A DNA stretch of 64,000 nt from Botryllus schlosseri. Lineage: Eukaryota. The notes under the pieces are model-generated. The model had not been told where the DNA came from. It did not search any database and saw only the letters and a list, made by a program, of their open reading frames with translations. The position numbers and the translations under genes were made by a program. The stretch covers positions 434,001 through 498,000 of the forward strand of contig CM119372.1 of assembly GCA_051294905.1 (NCBI GenBank), read 5' to 3'. Of this stretch, positions 47,663-59,362 are shown in pieces (the first letter of the stretch is position 1; the number at the start of each line of letters is the position of its first letter).

Positions 47663-49067
47663 CGGGCCTTTGGAGCCGGAGCAAGGAGCCTGAGCCCTGG
47701 AGCTGTGCATTTTCACCGGAGATGGAGCCGGAGCCGGAGCTCTACATAAAATTCAGCCAGAGCCGGAGCCGGAGCTGGAGCCCGTTATTTGAGGAGTAGC
47801 TCCGGCTCCGACGTATTTCATAAGATGCTATTATGCAACAACCATATCCGCTGATTTCACAATTTTAATGCTGTGCGCAGCAATGGCATGAAGTAAAGTG
47901 CGATCTAGTGCAACTATGATGTTATCGACAATTGACAGGTATTCAGTATGACGTCACAAGCCGACACTGCGGCACCTATGTCTTGGTTGCTGCATCCGAT
48001 GTTACGGACGGCTGACAGACCCTAGATTACTACAGATATCTAACCTACGGGTAAATTAGTAATCTATATAGACCCTGGGATGGCCAACCTTCCCGGCTAA
48101 AGGGGGACATGCAATTGATGAACGAGTGCGCGATCCACTAGCCGCGCCAAGCGTGTAAAATTGTCAAAGATTATAAATGAACTATAGGTCAATAATATTA
48201 TTACTTGAGTATATTGTGGGTCTACTGTTTACCGCCTTATATGGGCTCAGTTGGCAAGGACACGACTATTCGGCGTCTGGACACATCGATATCGAAGGTT
48301 TCCGGTAATATGCGACAATAATTTCATCGTCGACGATCTTTCTGCGAGCGCCAAGACGAACTTTCTCCCGTTATGGCGAATACAGTTAGACTCAATCGGG
48401 TAGATTGGGCGTTTTTTTTTCATTATAAGGAGGGGGTAAGCTACCAAGCAAGAAATCGTGTGACAATTAAACACGCGAAGCGTGGAGAAAAATTTCACTA
48501 CCATTTTAGTATATTGTAATGAGAGAGCATGTTTATTCGTATACATTACATATCAACATTATTACACTACAAAAATGTAACAGTGAAATGCGACATGCAA
48601 GGTAGACGGGAGGGTCGATATGACAAAGTCTTCAGAGCCGAGCCACCCAGGACAGGAGCAACTTTTTAGTAATGTTCTACTAAAAATGTGACTGGACCCT
48701 GGATCTGCCAACGCGTCGGAACTGATATTTTAGTCATCAACATCCCAAGTGTCGCAGCCAGACTTGTAATTTTTGGTTGGCCTTGCAAGTTCACAATCTG
48801 AGCAATTCCTTTTCGATAATGTAACAGGATTTCGATAATATAATAGGAAATCACCTCGCGGGCTACTCAAAAACCTCTCGCGGGCCACATTTTGCCCGCG
48901 GGTTGCCCCCCTGATATAGACAGACCAATTCCATAATTTTCAGTGCCGGTGCCGGAGCCGGAGCAGTGGTAATAATGCAGCTCCGGAGCTGGAGCCGGAG
49001 CTAATGTATGATAGAAAAAAGCTCCGGAGCTGGAGCAGTTAAAATTTACGGCTGCTCCAAAGCCCTG
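47663..49067. mobile_element. hAT-type element with ggagcc subterminal repeats containing a nested element (48074-48913)
   Basis: Outer 8-bp TSD gttttagg; inner 8-bp TSD atatagac. Confidence 0.78.
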
Positions 49068-49362
49068 GTTTTAGGTCTTCTTCTACTCAGAGTAATATCG
49101 ATCACAACCACTCCAGACGTTACAACACAGCATTCTACATGCGCGAATCATTAGAATTTGGACACGATTCAGCTTCAACTTATTCTACTATACGCGAATC
49201 CTTGTGTCCAGCCCAATATAGAATATGATTATCTTTTCGCGAAATGCGATTTGACGCTACGAAGCGAACTTGGACAAGATACTTCTAGTTGTATAATTAA
49301 ATTAATTAGAGCGAAATGGCCTCAGCAAACACGAGATATCTTTGAACATGTCAGGATATCCG

Positions 49363-49571
49363 TTTCTTGTCCAGTCATGTTCAAATCATACCTTGTGCAT
49401 ACCTTGTGCTGAAGCACAAATTAAATATATCTTTTTCTTGTCCAGTCATGTCCAAATCATGTCTTGTGCATACCTTCCCAGCACAACTTGAATATATCTT
49501 TTTCTTGGCCATTTATGTCTAAATCATATCTTGTGCATACCTTGTGCTGAAGCACAACTTTTTCTTGGCCA
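49363..49571. repeat. Degenerate tandem repeat, about 60-70-bp unit, about 3 copies
   Basis: tttcttg(t/g)cca.t.atgt..aaatcat..cttgtgcatacctt...agcacaa repeats three times. Confidence 0.75.
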
Positions 49572-51103
49572 AATTTTGTCGAATGCTGAAAATATATTAG
49601 TGAGGAATATCAAATTCGATTATTGGTAGAGTGGAGTTTAGAAATGTACAGTTGGTTATATTGAATTTTTAGTCTTACCATAAGTGTCACTACCGAATGT
49701 TTCTCCTAGTGTCACGCTGCTTCGTGCGATTTTGCCACTGAGCTATATAAACACGATTTTGCAAGCTAAACTTCAACATAATATTAGCCCGCATCATTGC
49801 GCACATCCGCTGCTTTCGGTGCTGAGCGTTTAACGAAGCCGCACACGAATATGACTGACTATTAGTGTGTTTGGTATTAATACGCAGTCAAATTCTAACC
49901 CCAAATTTTGGAATCCGAATCCATCCGGCTCCATGTGGCAATTTCAAAGTCCGAAAATTCCGGTGGTGAATTTCGTATTCTGTGTCCGAAAAACTCCGGC
50001 CAAAATCATGTTATAGCCTAATAGAATAACCGTGCTAAAATTCGACTGACTGTGCCGACCTTAAATTAGTAATCAACTCATCAAATTTTGAGCTGGGCCG
50101 CGGACTAGATGCATATAGGAAGCCCCGGAAGTTGCATCGATTACCCTACGGCGGGCCCGAGATCACTGTTTCTGTGGGCGGAATGGCGCTGAAAAATGTG
50201 ACTTCGGTGCTGGTTACAACTTATAACACACAACCACATACTCCTGAACCGGATCGTGACCACCTTTAGTCGATAGACGAAGCTTTGCTGGGGTGACGTC
50301 ATATTGATCGACAATGTGCTCATACTATAGAGATTGTAGATCCTACAATCTCTATACTCATACCTAATTTTGAAATCCGCTAATGGGCGCTAAAGAACGT
50401 CCGGAATTTGTGCCACTTGAATATGGTAACCCTAAATTAGGGTTACCATATTTGGGAATCGGGAAAGGGTGACGATTTTACCAAATCATTAAAGTTAGTT
50501 GACGGGAAGTGAAAACAGCCGATTTTGTAATATTCACTGAAAATCTTGTGGTCTTGACTAAAAAAAAAAGATCATCACTTTGACTCTACTCCCAATTTAC
50601 CCACTTTTTATTTTAATTTGGTGGTGTTGACATAGTAAAACTAAAGGTCATCACTTTCATCCGACTCCCGAATGACCCGCTCGAAAGTGCGTACTACTTG
50701 TTTCACGTCATTTATGCCGATTTTCAGTTGATTCCGTCCAATATCATACAGCTGTAAAAACTGTGAAGGAGGACGAATTGCCAAAAGGATGACATTTACG
50801 CGTCCTCGGTGGACATTTGCAATAGGTAACGTAATTCTAATCTAAGTTGTGAAATGTGTCTATACTGTCATTTGGCTTCTACTCTCATTCTGGTTTTCCC
50901 GAAAATGTTACAGTGGAACTGTGTAGTGTGAAACGAGCCAAGCTTGGTCGGACGCATCAACAAATCACTTTTTCTGTCCCTCTCTTACGATCTACCTATC
51001 AAGAGATTCGAGACCATGTAGGGCGCAGTTTGATCCGTTTATTGAAATCCAAATACGCAAGGCAATAATAATATGATGTCCCGTGCTAATGATGAATGAA
51101 GAG

Positions 51104-53970
51104 TTACGAGTCTGAAAACAAATCACATTGAAGCCGAACAGTACACGCTCCAAGTACGCAAGAACTCTAACCTTGTTGCTGGTCTTCAATCATTGCGATG
51201 AAGTTTTCAAAATCCTATAAATGTTGAAATTGGATTTAGTATCATTAACATAGTCGGTTTGATATTAACTTCATTGGATAAAAACACTACAAGGTTCCGA
51301 TACAATCAAATGATAGGAAGGTGTCGAAACGACTTGTAGTCGTCTTTTAAATCAGACACCCACCTGGGCCTAGACGGGCTACAGAATGACGGTCGACTAT
51401 AACTGCTGCTTTTGAGTAGTTCTAGAATTCTTTGAGTAATGCTAGGTCTAAATGCGAATTCTGAAAAGAGAGTATTTCTAGTTCTACCTGCAGATTTTGA
51501 AGAACACCAGTAATTCTAGTTGCCTAACAACTAGAATACACGTGTCGTCATATGGCCTGCATCGTGATACCGGTGTTCTGTTGTGAGATGTTCTTGCAGC
51601 CATTGTTAGATCACAGTCATCACTACTAAGCTGGGTTGTAACCAAGTCATACGGTTCGGAGTCCCAAGTCATTCTCACTTTTATAGTTTTGACTCGAGTC
51701 AAGTCAAGTAAAGTCATTTTCAATTCACCACCGATTCAAGTCCGAGTCCAAGTCAGCTGGTAGAGGGTCGAGTCCGGGTCATAGCGTTTTGACTCGAATC
51801 CGAGCTCAAATCATTACGTTGACTGTTCAGTTTTCAGTTCAATCCGGTTCCACCCACTTTTTCAACTCTGCCCGAGTGATATAGAATGGCCCGCATTCAT
51901 AATACAGTAATTTTCCTCAATCTTAGCAGTTTCTGGCCCTATTTTCCAAGTATCATGACTGGTAGACGAAATGCCAATCATATGGTGACTTTACTATCCT
52001 TCGAAGTTACAGTGAAATGGCTGTCTTTGGCCGTTCTAGTCTCGAGTCATATGACTTGGTTCAAGTCATGCACTATGATTTGAGCACAAGTCGAGTAGCC
52101 TAAATGCGAAAATTGACTCGACTCGACTCGAGCCATTTTACGCATTTGAATATATGACTCGAGTCAATTCGAGTCACCAAAAATCGCGAGTGTAACAATG
52201 ACGTTGCCAGGGGTGAGTTTTGGGGTCGGAACCCCTTTCATTTCCAACTCGAAACTATCCTTTTGAAATGCCGGGGAGATAGCGTAGTGGTGACGATAAG
52301 CGCCCACGAATCGGGCGGCCTGGTTCGAGTCCCATCGGAGGTTCATCTGGGCTTCTCTTCTTCTCGTTTTTACGGTGACAAAAAAGGCCAGACAAAGACC
52401 CGGCGAAAGAAAGCACTCTGAAGGAATGGAAAGAACTTGAAAGGGCCGTGGTTTCAAAAAAGATCAACTTCGAAAAGAACTGTTTCATCGGGCACTCTAG
52501 GCCGAGGTGGATGTCAGTCATAAAAGGATCGCAACTGCGTGTCGTTCGATATCCTCCTTTCTGTTCATAACATCGCATTGTACATTGTGTGTGACTTGTT
52601 CAGATGAAAAATATAACCTAACGATTATTGATTGATTGATCCCCAATATTTCTTGGCTCACTTGCAATTTAGTAATTAGTATTATCAGTTATCAGTTAGT
52701 TGTGTTTTAGTTTGTTAGTGTCGGATTATTTTAGGTCAGGGGTCACCAACACGCGGCATGCGACCCGCGACTTGATTTGAGGTTTCGGGAGAAAGCTAAG
52801 AAAACATTTTGAAATGCTGAAAGTGAAGTGCAATGACCGAAACACTGCCAGGACCGAGACGCTTAGAAAACGGCTTAGGGCAGTGGTTCTTAAACTTGGG
52901 GGTGCGCCCCTTTCTGAGGGCGTCAAAGCATCCGAACGGGGCACGGAGCTGCGGTCAACTGAAAATTTTTTCGCGTTCGCTGCGATTTACCTTTAATTCA
53001 TAGTTACAGTTATTCCTCTCTGTATAGTCTCGAATTCATATTGTAGGATTCTCTCATCAACATTCAAAACCACCCTTGCCATTAAACTATCCGTTGGGAT
53101 TGCTAACATTATGAATGCGTTTTGTGATTTGACGATAAGAGGGGGGGGCTAAATTTTTCAGGATCATAAAGGGGGCATGTCCAAAAAGGTTTGAGAACCA
53201 CTGGTTTAGGGCTTCCCTACAATACCAAGCATTACGTGAAGATGGTCTTTCAACTGGTAACGTATCTTGCTATAGCCTCCAGAAGTGGTTCCAGATATCG
53301 CGTACACTGCACAGCTCAGAGTTCAAAATATAATTTAATTGATGACAGTGATCTTTTGTTGTATTTTTGTTCCTTTAATAAAATATTAGTTCTTTTGTGG
53401 TCACTATATCCATCGCCTATGTTAGGTAGCACAGCGTTGTACTTACGTATAGTTTTAAAACGTACGCTCGTGGTTGCCTTCTTTATATAGATATTGAATT
53501 CATGCGGCCCGCGGCCGCTACGAAATTTTAAAAGTGGCCCGCGACCCGATTTGAGTTGGTGACCCCTGTTTTAGATGGTTAGTTCTAGTTCTAGTTGTAG
53601 CTGTTCAGCTTGAAAATCGAGTAGTTTACACAAGTCTGGCTACAGAGGTATTTCGACTGAAATCTCACCTCAACATCACCGTAATACGGTCCGTACGCCC
53701 ACGCACCTTTCATGGCGCCTTGGAAATACGACCTGTAATCAAATAGAATCGTGAGAAAGAGAGGTATTGTGAAACTCCTCATTCCAAGCACCTTAATTTC
53801 CAGTAGAGATCGTGAATGGAGTTTGCTCTCTGGCGAACGTATTTGGAGTACGCCAAGATGTTGTAGCCGAGTTGCTGCAGTCTTACGCTGTGGTACGTTA
53901 CGTGACCGGCCCTGGCCTCGTGAAAGAGGCATGACGTAATCAACACAAGCGCCACGATCAAGTTCCTCAT
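51104..53970 (-). CDS. Secreted styelin-like host-defence peptide precursor, 4 coding exons (53970-53792, 53732-53669, 51214-51172, 51111-51104), 97 aa
   Basis: Spliced translation: MRNLIVALVLITSCLFHEARA-GHVTYHSVRLQQLGYNILAYSKYVRQRANSIHDLYWKLRSYFQGAMKGAWAYGPYY-G-DVEDFENFIAMIEDQQQDS*. GT-AG introns of 59, 2454 and 60 nt with matching phases (2, 0, 1). AATAAA at 51043-51038. Confidence 0.72.
52273..52640 (+). mobile_element. tRNA-derived SINE
   Basis: A box TAGCGTAGTGG (52280-52290), B box GGTTCGAGTCC (52322-52332), non-tRNA body and (ATTG)n tail. A partial reverse copy lies at about 56336-56473. Confidence 0.75.
52737..53568. mobile_element. hAT-type MITE with nested MITE (52881-53203)
   Basis: TIR caggggtcaccaac...gttggtgacccctg, TSD ttttaggt/ttttagat; inner TSD gcttaggg/gtttaggg. 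Confidence 0.78.
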
Positions 53971-54045
53971 CTTGGATCTGGAATTTAGATTCAAACTCTC
54001 AAAGTTGATTCGCTCTTTCAATGAGCGTGCCTGGGTCTGATTTAC

Positions 54046-54096
54046 GTGGCATCATCAACATAGACTGCATCAAAGTATAGTACTATAGTATTATAA
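54046..54096 (-). promoter_or_regulatory. Candidate core promoter and short 5'UTR exon of the peptide gene
   Basis: TATAAT starts at 54095 and a CAGT initiator-like motif lies 29 nt downstream (A at 54066). Donor gtaaat at 54045 and acceptor ttccag ending 53978 define a 68-nt UTR intron. Confidence 0.4.
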
Positions 54097-54164
54097 GATA
54101 GGGCTAGAAATCGGAGCTGTTTGTGAAGAAGGCCAATTTCCTACTTTTAAGAACGATTTTGGGT

Positions 54165-54466
54165 TAAAGAGCTTCTTGGAGGTACGGAACGTCAATATAC
54201 AATTAAATAGTATATTGATATTGAAATGAACCCGAATATTTCGACTGACACTCGTCAGAGGTAATCATCAGCAACTAGTAGAGAATTGGAAAGAACATTG
54301 TATATCAACAATCGTATCTCGTCACAAGCATGAAATGACATCTCAAATAAGAGAGCGTTCAATGTACTATTTTAATATGGTACACAAACTCCTTTTCTTG
54401 ACAAAGCTTGGGCTGATTTATTTTGACAAAGGTCGACTCCAAGGCACACAGATGAAAGTGTGAGCG
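54165..54466 (-). mobile_element. Penelope-like element 3' fragment with hammerhead motif (54230-54262)
   Basis: Encodes [35 protein letters not shown] (GIY-YIG C-terminus), followed by acct-CTGACGA-gtgtcagtc-GAAATATTC-gggt and the tail. Confidence 0.8.
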
Positions 54467-56473
54467 TGAGTTAGTTGCAGTGCCCTGACCAGATTATTTT
54501 ATGTATTTTCAAAGTCAGTGCAACAGTAGCTTGCATTTAAGACCCGTTTTAATAAATTTAGCGCTCACTTTTTCAAGCTATAACATTACCATAATTGTTT
54601 ATGAAGCTACCAGAAATTGTTAGTGGACCCCTGTTGCCCAACCGTGCAGTCACGTGTTTTGATCGGTCTGTGGGTTAGCTATCTATAGTCAAAATGTTTT
54701 TCAACTCTGGCCGTTGTCTTGAATCGCTTTAAGTAGACTCAAATGGAGACAGGCTTTCGTAAATGTCGCCAGAACTATAGCAACTTCTTTGATTTACTGC
54801 TAGTGATAGGAGAGTACCGATGAGAACGTTCTATTGACGACAAACACTAAACTGCGGACCGGGCGGACGTTAACAGCTCTTACTGATTTTGTTATGGTCC
54901 CCACTACAGCTGTTTAGTACTGCAAGTTTTGTGACCCCCTATTTAGTATACGCCTTGTTAATCAAAACCTCGCCATTTCTTTATAGCGATACATTCGCGA
55001 ATAAACTTGCTTGGTACAGAAGCTATTCTTCAATGCTGCTCCTACATAGCTTCTAATTCTAATTCAAAAGAAGCTCCCTACCTGTCAACGTCTCTTCGCC
55101 AACAAAAATGCTGAAACTGGCTGCGGATTCGCTTCGACAGGTGACTGTATCCGGGAAATGGCGTCACAATCTGTCAACATAAACTAAGGAAATGGCGCGA
55201 ATATCCGGCTGTGCAAATTACCATATCCCCGTTTTTATTATTGCTGATATCGAAGGAGATTCGGAAAAAATTCCATATGGACCCTTGAAGCAGCATCAGT
55301 ATGTTCGACTCGAATTAGCAACTCAACAAACTCTTCATGCAAATCAATTCGATGTTCGATGATAACACCACCATGTGATTAAAGTTGGTGTGGGCACTGG
55401 GAAAAAATTATCTCCTTCACGCTTCAATTAGGTAGTCCAGCATGTTGTTACTTTCAAATCGTCTGAAGCAGTGATTTAACGCAAAACGCAAAACGCGGTA
55501 TCGGTGTGTGTTAATTGTGACGATATTTTATACCGAGATAGGTCACAAGATTGTGTAGCCTATGGTATATCTTGATGATGTCATCAAACACTGCGCCAAG
55601 TTTCAAGTTTGTCACTCAATGATAACGGTAGTAATTGCCCGGTTAGCCATGTTGTGTACTGGCTTAATGCGATCATTGCATGACATAGCTAGTTAGCGAA
55701 TCACCAGTGTTGAGCTTAGTCGAGCTGGAACGATAGCCTACTTGTGCAGCTATGTTATTGACTTGGCTGCATCCTTAGCAATTTAGTAGGAAATATAGAA
55801 CAACGTGAACAGCCGAACAACGTCGTTTATGACAGAACTGACAATAGACCGAAGTATCAGCATTTCAAAAACCGACTGCCATGAAAATAATGACTGGATG
55901 GCAGTCATTTGTAGACGTTCACCCCTCTAACTGTGAGAAGATGGTGGTTAATAGCTATACTATCCATCGGGAACCTGACAGTAAACGTTTCTGCAAGAAC
56001 GGTCTTGTGACTGACCTTGTGGTTTTTATGGCTCTACAACAGGACAACTAATTTTCGGCAATGACAGTCAATGATAGAACGAATAGTTGCAACCAAATCA
56101 AGAAACACATATCACTTTATAACCCCTCGTATAGGCTATACATCAGTGGTTCCCAAACTTTTCCAGCAGCGGCACACTAGAAAAATTCTAAAACGCTCGC
56201 GGCACACTTACAGAAAAAAGCTGCCGTTAAAAGAATATTTTCTGCACGTGCTAATATGCTTGTCTACACGAACATTTACGACTGAAACAATGTTGCATTG
56301 TTGTCCAACACACGAGCATTTCGTCGTCAATTTCAAATAATGATAATCGTTGAGTTACATTTTTCATCTGAACAAGTCACACACTATGTACAATGCGATA
56401 AGACACAATGCGATGTCATGAACAGTTCTTTTCGTTGTTGATCTTTTTGAAGCCGCGGCCCTTTCCTCTAGTT

Positions 56474-57935
56474 CAGTGGTCGGGAACCTATATCTCGCGA
56501 GCCATATATGGCTCTTTTGGGCATAAAGTATGGCTCTTTGCGAAAATTCTAATTTTGTGCGTTATTTATCAATATTGTAGCAACTTGTTATTAAATCTTC
56601 AGCACGACCAGTATAATTATTCTTGTGGCAGTATAAACATGTCTTTAAGAGGTGAATTCAGTGACTTATTCAGGGTTAGGGGCTCGGACCCTCAAATCTA
56701 AGTTGCTCGGACCCACAAATCTAAGTTGATGTCCCGCCTGCGCCACGAAATCTCGGATTGCACAATGCCTTGATTGCTCAATGAGAATAGCAGTCAAGGC
56801 GACGCCTGTATGACAATGCAGTTTTCAAATACGCATTGTCTTCCTGATCTATGGCGATAAATGAACTCCGTGGAAGTGACATTCACAATTACAAATAAAA
56901 ATTACAAACAACACCATAGTGATCCACGTTCTTGATTGACAACGTAGCTTTGTAGCTACTGTTCAAATATAGGCGTGTGGCACAACGTTGTGTTACCGCC
57001 GAATACTTTGAGAATTGAGAAACTGAATCGGAATCGGTATGGCAATTACATTCAATTATTACACTGGTCAACAGAACGAAAAAAAAATTGGGCAGAACAT
57101 CTAAGAGTCGTTTCTGGGGTTTTTGAGGTTGCTGATTACGAATATCACATTAGTGATTAGAGATTGGCTCTTGTACCCCTAAAAAAGTCCAAAATTACTG
57201 TATTTACCATTAAATATTTCACTTGGCAAGAAGAAAATCGTAGTTTTTTCTAATTTTATACTTCACTTCAATAGATAATAAGTGACTATAAAGAACCCTC
57301 ATGTCGTCCCCATGGGTTATCTCCAAAACAAGAGCCAATTTGAAAAAACAAAGGTCATTTTCGGAATCAGCGCCCTTCAGAACCACCAAACCCACTCTCC
57401 ACCCACTCTCTTCTCCACACTTTGTGTGCCTAAAAATATGCGTTGACCAGTGTTATCATTTATTATAAATTCTATGATATTTATGATGAATTGCGCTATG
57501 CTAATCCCGGCGGTGCCTCACCTATGCCTTACCTCCCCTTTCACGTTATATTTTCGAACAATAAATAGGCAAGTTGCGTGATTTTCGTAGTCAAAATGTT
57601 CAAAATCTACTTGACAGGTTAGGCACTGCCTCACGTGCCTCCCCTGAAGCCACGTCACAGACGCATCACACATTACAGTGGGTATGCATGCTGCTGTATA
57701 GTGACCATCATGTTTGGCTCTGCCTACTTATGTCCCCACGGATCCTCACATTTAAGAATATCGTCAAGACGAACCTACCTATAACTGACGAAAGTCGACG
57801 AATTCGCACTACCATGACGTCACGATTTTTCAATTCTGACGTATTAGTTGAATAAAATGTATGGCTCTTTGGAAGTTAAGATGGAAAATATGGGGTCAAT
57901 ATGGCTCTTCGGACAAAAAAGGTTCCCGACCACTG
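56474..57935. mobile_element. Non-autonomous hAT element inserted in a SINE
   Basis: TIR cagtggtcgggaacct...aggttcccgaccactg with exact 8-bp TSD ctctagtt. Confidence 0.85.
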
Positions 57936-57948
57936 CTCTAGTTCTTTC

Positions 57949-59362
57949 CAGACATGGGGTGATTACTTCACGAATGTAATCGATTGCGATTACGATTACT
58001 TGTGAAACCCGCGATTACGATTACGATTACAGCAAAATCAGGAAGTAGGCGATTACGATTACATTTCAAAAGTAATCACGATTACTCACGATTACATTTG
58101 TTTTGCTTCCTAGAACTAATTTCAGAAGAGATATTGGAAGACAATATAAGACTTGCGATGAAAAGGTCTGATGAGATAACAACTTTCTTTATAACTCATA
58201 CGTCATTTGCTTGTTACGCCATAAGGCACCCATTGCCCAAGTCTATGCAGGACTATTCGTCGCACTATTTGCATTCTTGCCAGATCCGTAACTGCCACAC
58301 CCCAAACTCCCCAATAGGACCGGGAGCGAGCTCGAAGGGGACTCGAAAGTATTTTGAAGAGAGTTAATTAACTTGAAAATTTTCTTCGAGCTTCGGGATT
58401 TATTGTCTCTAAATAGCTGGATTTTGAAATGCCTACCGCTCCCCCTCAAGAATAAAAGCATGCATAATTTATAGGAATAGGCATTTCGGTGGCGGTCATT
58501 ACCCCGCCACGACACACCAAAAGACGTATGCAATTTCGGCCAACATGCAACTCCACACAGTGTGCTACCAAAGAATGACCTTGGTCAAAACTTTGGGTAT
58601 GTATCCATTGTCAGTAGCCGCGCTCTGTGGGCGTGACGAATAGTCCGGTCCTTCCAATATGAGCTCCAACAACGCAAATGCCAACCGGGGCACTTACAGA
58701 GGAATGAAGACATGACAATTTGTGTGTGCGTCTCACGAAAGTTTTTCTTTTAGTCTGCTACGTTTGGGCGACTACAGTATCTTTTGATTATATAAAAGAC
58801 GGGAGGTCACGAATTAACAACATACAATAAAGTTATTATAACAACATACCAGATGCTATAATTATGAATTACGTGTCCCCAGCTCTACCGGTAAATCTGA
58901 ATGAATAGCAATATAATGCAATTACCAATATTATTGACGAAATTCAGTCATCAACTTGAAAACTGACCACCCTATGGGGCCCCAATACCCAGGGTTGTAA
59001 TGACTCGAGTCGAGATTTTTTGGTGACTAGATATGAGTCGAGTCATTTTTTCAAATGCGTGAATTGACTCGACTCGAGTCATTTTTTGTATTGACTCGAC
59101 TTGTACTCGAGTCATGCAAGTCATGTGACTCGAGACCAGAACGGCCAAGACAGACATTCCATGTAACTTCGAAGAATAGTAAAGTTACCACATTATTTGT
59201 ATTTCGTCTATTAGTACTGATACTTGGAAATGGGGCCGTAAAATGTGAAAACTGATGAAAATTACTATATTATGAACACGAGCCATTCTATATATCACTC
59301 GAGCAGAGTTGAAAAAAGTGGGTTGAACCGGAATGATCTGAAAACTGATCTGAGAACATAAC
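57949..59362. mobile_element. Left part of a second copy of the 15126-17708 hAT element, interrupted by the LTR retrotransposon
   Basis: Collinear with about 15126-16613, including the nested MITE that starts at 58990. Confidence 0.85.

Noticed and set aside
52273..52345. Second tRNA gene
   Set aside because: A and B boxes are present but the acceptor and anticodon stems do not pair; it continues into a repeat body and tail, so it is a SINE head.
53591..54021. ORF-track proteins 53591-53932 and 53779-54021 as separate genes
   Set aside because: Each contains one true exon of the peptide gene in a different frame; the 59-nt intron reconciles them.
54700..56100. Possible decayed coding sequence
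   Set aside because: I could not recover a recognisable motif or splice-consistent ORF by eye; a translated search is needed.
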